Shown piece after piece: positions 58,301 through 64,000 of a stretch of 64,000 bases of DNA. A program made the position numbers and the translations under genes. Below the pieces are notes generated by a model, which saw only the letters and a list, made by a program, of their open reading frames with translations, searched no databases and had not been told where the DNA came from. This DNA comes from Podarcis vaucheri (taxonomy: Eukaryota). The stretch's first letter is position 1. Each line of letters begins with the position of its first letter. Location: the NCBI GenBank assembly GCA_965113315.1, contig OZ220365.1, one strand, 5' to 3'.

Positions 58301-61186
58301 TAAAACACCTATGATACAAGGGGAAGCTGCTGAGAGGCAAACGCTGAAGAATTGCAACACATGTTGACTTGCTGTATATGTGGCTGTCTGAATGAGTTCA
58401 GCAATGTAATAGGTTGCTTTGAAAGGCAGTAGAATGGAGCTGTAGGATTGCCCATCTTGGGCTGGACATTTGAGATTATTTGTTGTGTTCAGATTTGAAT
58501 ACAGTGGTACCTCCGGTTGCTCACAGGATCCGTTCTGGAGCTCCAGTCGGATTCCGAGGAATTCACAACTGGAGGTGCCTGTTCTGCGCATGCGTGTGGC
58601 GCAGTAGAGCACTTCTGGGTGTGTGCACGAGGAAAAACCTGGAAAAATACCTCCGGGTTTGCCGCATGCGTAACCCGAAGGATACGCAACCAGAGGTGTA
58701 CATATCCAGAGTTACCACTTGTCCCTCTGCAATGCCCATGTGGTTTCAATAGAGCTGTAAACTATTGGATGTCAAGTTACATTGGTTGCAATCCTGTACC
58801 TATTTACTTGAGAGTAAAGCTGATTGAAATCACTGGGATTTACTTCTGTGGAATTATATATAGGATTGCACTGTTCAATACATTTTCAAAACAACATTGT
58901 GGAGTATTCAAGAAGGCAATTCAAGTTTTTATTTTTTTCTACAGTGTATATATACGACTTCAGGGCTCTACACAGTTTTTCTCTGTAATTTTCCTCGCAA
59001 GCTTTACAGAGAAAGAACGGAGGAAAATAACTGTTGCTATGAGAGTTAATGATTGAGCAGAGACAGGGATGCCTTTTGGCTGGTGGCTTCAAAATAAGCA
59101 AATGGGCCGTTTACTCCCTTTCTTTTTAGGCTGTATCCAAGAGCACTTTCTGAGTGCTGTCAATAGATACCTAGTCCAACATACAATAATATTCTACTCA
59201 AACTACATGAAGCAGAAAATCTACACTCAGTGGGTGCAAAGCTGATGTTATTTAAAGTTACACTGAATCTCAGTTTGTGTTGAGTTGCACAACAGCTCTC
59301 CCATCAGAGGAGCATTCTGTTGCAATGTAATGCAGGAAGGCTCTTTTGAAAAATCAAATGAAACAGTTGTCAGTTTCCAGAATCTTAAACTCTGAATTTT
59401 AAAAAAGAGGAAACCTACACTTGATAAAGTACATACACATTTTTGTTGTGTAAATATTAGTTCAAAAACATGTCCAATATACTTCAGTGCAAAAAGCAGT
59501 ATTAAAACCATCTCTGAAGTGCCCCCATCTTCCAATATAAGACAGGTGACAACAAGGAATAGGACCTTACTCAGGGTGCCTTTGGGGTGTGTATTTTTTA
59601 AAGAAGCTGAAAACTTTTTTTCCTGGCTGCTGTTAACATGATTTGATTGGGATTTCTTGGTAATTTAAAAGTGCTTTAAAGTTTATTACTTTAGATTTTA
59701 AATTAGCTGCTAGGATGGAGTATAAGTATTTTAAACAAGTATTTGTAACTTTAGCAGTTCAGATTTACTTATGGATTATATATTAATCAGACACATGCCT
59801 GTATGTTAGCTGCCCTAGCTCTAGTGAGCCTAAATGTGGCCTGGCTAATTGTAGTGAGCCTGTCTGTAGGCTTTTTATCTATGCTTCTCAGTGCAGTAAA
59901 GCCAGCACAACTTCCCCTGAAGATCCAGTCTTCTTCAGTGAGCTTTTTGCCCTCCGTCACTATTCTCTGCATGCACACTTTACTTAATCTAACATTCAAG
60001 AAAAGGACTGGGAATGTCAAGCACTAGTTTAGCTGCATCCTTGCTTGTTCCCCTGGCTTGGGAAATTTCTGAGGCTTATTCCCCCCCCCCCCCCTTGTTC
60101 AACACTCCTGCATGACTTCTCCTCTATCCTGGCTTCATGGCACAGAAGGGACTCTACCAGCAGCAGTTGCCAGGAATTATGGAATTGTAGAGTTCTTTGT
60201 TAGGACTGTGCTTGAGGGGTAGGCAGATGAAAGAGGGCGTCCCTTGTGTCTGCTTTCATACTGCCTAGAAGTACTCATTCTCATTTTAAACTCTTCTGCC
60301 CCTTTCTCACAGCTGGGACAGGGAAGTGGTAGCTGTAGCCCCTTGGAGCTAGTCTGATGTCCCTGGCTCAGCAGCACTGGAGGGATCCAAGCAAGACTTG
60401 GGAACAGGAGTTGTAGCTTTTGCAGAAGCTCCAGAGCACAGAAAGTACAAATTTCTCAACTCGTTTGGAAGGGAGCATAATGATGCCGCATAGTTGGACT
60501 TGAGGATCGCCTACAGCATATTCATTCTGTTGGGAAGCACATGTCACAGTTTGCCTGAATTAAGGAGTATTTTTAAGTGTTGTTCCCCAGCTATGGGAGT
60601 AGGTGTAGAAATTTGGACTCAGCAGTTTTATGTAAGGAATTCAAGGGTCAGTGCTGCCATTCCTCACATCTTTATTGTAATATGAACTCATTTAAGGGGA
60701 CATGCTAAAGAAGGAAATAAATTGGGCTGGAGGAAGAAGCATTTTTAGTATTGCCATATCCTCCTTTAAAAAGGGAGAAACTACCTGAGAGTCCCCAGGC
60801 AAATGAATGGAGATGGACCTGCTCTCTTGATTTGTCTGTCAGGGGTCAGCAAACTTTTTCAGCAGGGGGCTGGTCCACTGTCCCTCAGCCCTTGGGGGGG
60901 GGACTATATTTTTTTTGGGGGGGGGGGATGAAATAATTCCTATGCCCCACAAATAACCCAGAGATGCATTTTAAATAAAAGGACACATTCTACTCATGTA
61001 AAAACATGCTGATTCCCGGACCATCTGCGGGCCAGATTTAGAAGGCGATTGGGCCGGATCTGGGCCCCGGGCCTTAGTTTGCCTACCCATGGTCTATGTG
61101 TTCCAAGAGACTTTGAGGAATGGCTGGTGGCAACTGAATAGTGGCAGACTATGCAACCAAGCCAAAATTTTGGGACCCTGGCTTAC

Positions 61187-61225
<39 letters not shown>

Positions 61226-63710
61226 ACACACATTCACACTCACAAAATATGTATAAAGGTTGTGGATTTATATAGACTAGTGTATATGTTAAGGCACAAC
61301 TTTTAAAATATCCAGAGTTATGGTAGGCAGAATTCTGTTCATGTCAGAGGAAGTTTGGTCAATTCCTCTTTCTCCCTGTGACCCCCTGAACAACTGCTCA
61401 GGAGAAGTGGAAATTTTCTGAAACAGCATGAAAGATAATTGAGAGGGGGGAAGACAGTAGAAGAATCAGTGAAAATTTCCTTCATACACTTCTTTCCTCC
61501 ATCTGGGAGCTTTTGCTGGAACAGCCAGTCTTGATCCTAATCCATTATTTGTATTTTTACTTTCTTTTCTAAGCTGCAATTCATTGATTCAAATTAACAC
61601 TCTTAACTAAGTGGACTCCTCCTGGGGTAAGGAATAATATGTTCTCTGCTAAGGCTTACTGGAGATGTTGCACTTAATTCTCTGTTCTTTGCAGGTGATG
61701 TGACTGCTCAGGTGTCTCTTCAGCCAGCTCTGAAGTTCAATGGTGGAGGTCACATTAATCACACTATCTTCTGGACAAACCTTTCTCCTAATGGTGGAGG
61801 AGAACCAAAAGGTTTGTAATCAAAGCATTTTAATGTTACACAGGACATTTGAAAAGCCCCACTCGATCAGACCAAATGCTAACGTTTCATTTATTATAGC
61901 ATCTTTAGTCTGTGTTCCAGTGTAGGTGATAGACAGCGTAAGACAGCAAATAAAATGTGTAATGCTTATCATGAAGCCAACAATGAAAACATCTTAAATA
62001 GCATTCAAGGTCAACAACAGCAGTAGGGAACATCAGATTGCATTCTCTTCCACTAAAGACCTGGGCAGAGAGCTTGCATCTTGATAACCCTCCTCCCTTT
62101 GAAAAAGAATACAGAGATGGGGTCAGGCACACCTCAGATGAAAAGGTATTTCAAAAATTGGGAGTCACCACAGAAAAGGCCTTCTCCCATACTGCTGCCT
62201 CACATTTTTATTTTTTTTTATTGTCCAGCATTCTGTCTTAGCAGTGGTTAGCCTAATAACTATGGGAAGCCTCCAAGCAGCATATAATGCCAACAAGGCA
62301 CTTTATCAAAAGCTTTTTTAAAAGTTTGAAGCACACAGTGCTCAGTTTGCATGTAACGTTAAGGCAAACCATGGCTTAGTGAGAACATGCAGCTTCCCAG
62401 AGAACAGTTTGTGGCTGCTGCTGTGAGCTACATTATGGTTTGTTTTAGTGTGTCATCCAAACTAGGCTTGCAGTTTGTCTCCTCCAGATGAACCACAGTC
62501 TGTAAAACAATGAACGTAATGCATGAATGGCTGTGTGTTACTTATGGCACTAAATGTGACATTTGGAAGCAGAACACTTCGAAAAGTGTAATGGTAGGCA
62601 TGTCCTCTCTTAAGCCTCTTCCAAATGGCATGGGTGTTTGCACTTTAGCTTGTGGACAGGCTGTTGCCCACATGAGCTTCACACTGTTATCTGCTGTTCC
62701 CTTGGTTCTCTAGACAGCTATCTAGATGTAATACTGGGTAGTGATGTTAGGTAGAGGTTATCAGCAGGCTGTAGGATCACACACTCCCACCAGTCAGCCC
62801 TTGCTTTCCTCCCACCCTTCCTGTAGCCACAGGAAGTATTCTAGCATCATCCATGTTAACTGGTTATCACTAACTGGAGTTCCCTGTTAAACAGCTTCAG
62901 AATGTTTATCAGAGATTGGTAAAGAGGGAAGCAAGTTAGGGTTAACTGTTAATGCTGGTGCTGAGGTACTGCTTACCTATGGTTGAGACTGGCAAATGAA
63001 GGACTGGTGATCCTGCAACCGACTTCCATTCTATTGATTGTAAGATTTACATCTGTACCTATCCTTACTTCTGAATTAATATGAATGATTTTTTGGAACA
63101 TCAAATGGAAAGCTAATGAAATGTGCTCTGTGTGTGAATTGTTATTATTATTTTCATTTATTAAGGGGAGCTAATGGAAGCTATTAAGCGTGATTTTGGC
63201 TCCTTTGCAAACTTCAAGGAGAAGTTAACAACTCTTTCAGTTGGAGTCCAAGGCTCAGGATGGGGATGGCTCGGTTTTAATAAAGAACAGGGTCGTCTGC
63301 AGGTGACTGCCTGTTCCAATCAGGATCCTCTTCAAGGGACTACAGGTGAGTTTCTCTAGCTGGAGCTTGTCTACAATTGAAAGTACAATTTTTGCTATGT
63401 GGTAGATGAAAGCAGACACTAGCAGTTCTGCTCACCAGAGCAAAGGAAGAAGGACTCCCTGCTTTCCCTTGCATAGCTGATTGGATAAGAAATCTACTTG
63501 TTTCCTCTTATCAAAACCTACTTGTGTGCAGGAAATAACAATAAATATTTCTCTTCTTTTCTAGGTCTTGTTCCCCTTCTAGGAATTGATGTATGGGAGC
63601 ATGCATATTATCTCCAGTATAAAAATGTTAGACCTGACTATCTCAAAGCTATTTGGAACGTGATAAACTGGGAAAACGTATCTTCGAGATATGCAGCTTG
63701 CAAAAAGTAG
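55322..63710 (+). CDS. SOD2: Mitochondrial manganese superoxide dismutase precursor (228 aa, 5 exons)
   Basis: Exons 55322-55362, 57107-57309, 61695-61811, 63166-63345, 63565-63710 (TAG); total 687 nt. [31 protein letters not shown] and DVWEHAYY Mn-ligand motifs. Confidence 0.98.
56070..56500 (-). mobile_element. Old L1-like LINE 3' end
   Basis: A-rich UTR and gacttccctctcccctctctgtggttcc motif; the minus strand encodes a WQIKLMEYA...KWESLL-like terminus. Confidence 0.5.
57386..57627. mobile_element. Tc1/mariner MITE (CAGTGGTACCTC family)
   Basis: TA-flanked TIRs; sister of 14236-14548. Confidence 0.85.
58502..58719. mobile_element. Tc1/mariner MITE
   Basis: TA-CAGTGGTACCTCCGG ... CCAGAGTTACCACT termini. 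Confidence 0.7.
60840..61091. mobile_element. hAT MITE, inverted sister of 3901-4151
   Basis: CAGGGGTCAGCAAAC ... GTTTGCCTACCCATG; shared internal sequence. Confidence 0.85.
61188..61222. repeat. (GT)n microsatellite
   Basis: Tandem GT. Confidence 0.9.
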
Positions 63711-64000
63711 AGCAAAATCTTGTACAAGATCATTAAAGAAAGAACACTGTTATTCCTTGATCATTTTTGTAGTAACTTCTAGCAGTTTGTTTGCTAATTG
63801 CTCCACCACTTAAAATATTCAAGCTCATCAAAAGAAAGTTCTTAGCTCAATGTTTGCTTAATTTGGTGAAACTGCTCACTTGTTCTTCAAAAACAGGAAT
63901 CCTTTATCCAGTGTTCTGAAAGAATACAATCCCTTACAAAACATCAGTATGGGATTACAACTGGTTCCTTTTGATAACATGTGATTTGCTGCTTACTCTT

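Noticed and set aside
58480-59056. 179-aa ORF in SOD2 intron 2
   Set aside because: Starts inside a MITE and runs through degraded repeats; no protein features.
59300-61500. NF-kB/C-EBP-like sites in SOD2 intron 2 (e.g. GGGAAATTTC at about 60060), recalling the mammalian cytokine enhancer
   Set aside because: Short degenerate motifs, some inside old repeats; homology to the mammalian enhancer cannot be shown without alignment.

Overview
Eukaryotic genomic DNA from a squamate reptile. The Sauria SINE, BovB and lizard-type MITEs and LINEs suggest a lacertid lizard. The window holds the conserved TCP1-ACAT2-WTAP-SOD2 block: TCP1 (+, from the last 4 nt of exon 1 to the stop), ACAT2 (-, complete), WTAP (+, complete, plus two short C-terminal isoforms from intron 6) and SOD2 (+, complete CDS). 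All exons were traced by eye with GT-AG boundaries and continuous reading frames. The most notable observations are: (1) WTAP is inverted relative to the human/mouse arrangement; (2) TCP1 introns hold a set of H/ACA snoRNAs at different stages of turnover (two SNORA29-like paralogues, a truncated relic, and an eroding SNORA20-like copy); (3) TCP1 intron 5 is a U12-type minor intron; (4) two palindromic Penelope-like insertions with hammerhead-ribozyme cores flank WTAP, one next to the ACAT2 promoter and one carrying nested insertions; (5) the TCP1 and ACAT2 3' ends may overlap. No prokaryotic-type systems (CRISPR etc.) are present. Comparisons with human genes and rRNA are from memory and need database confirmation.
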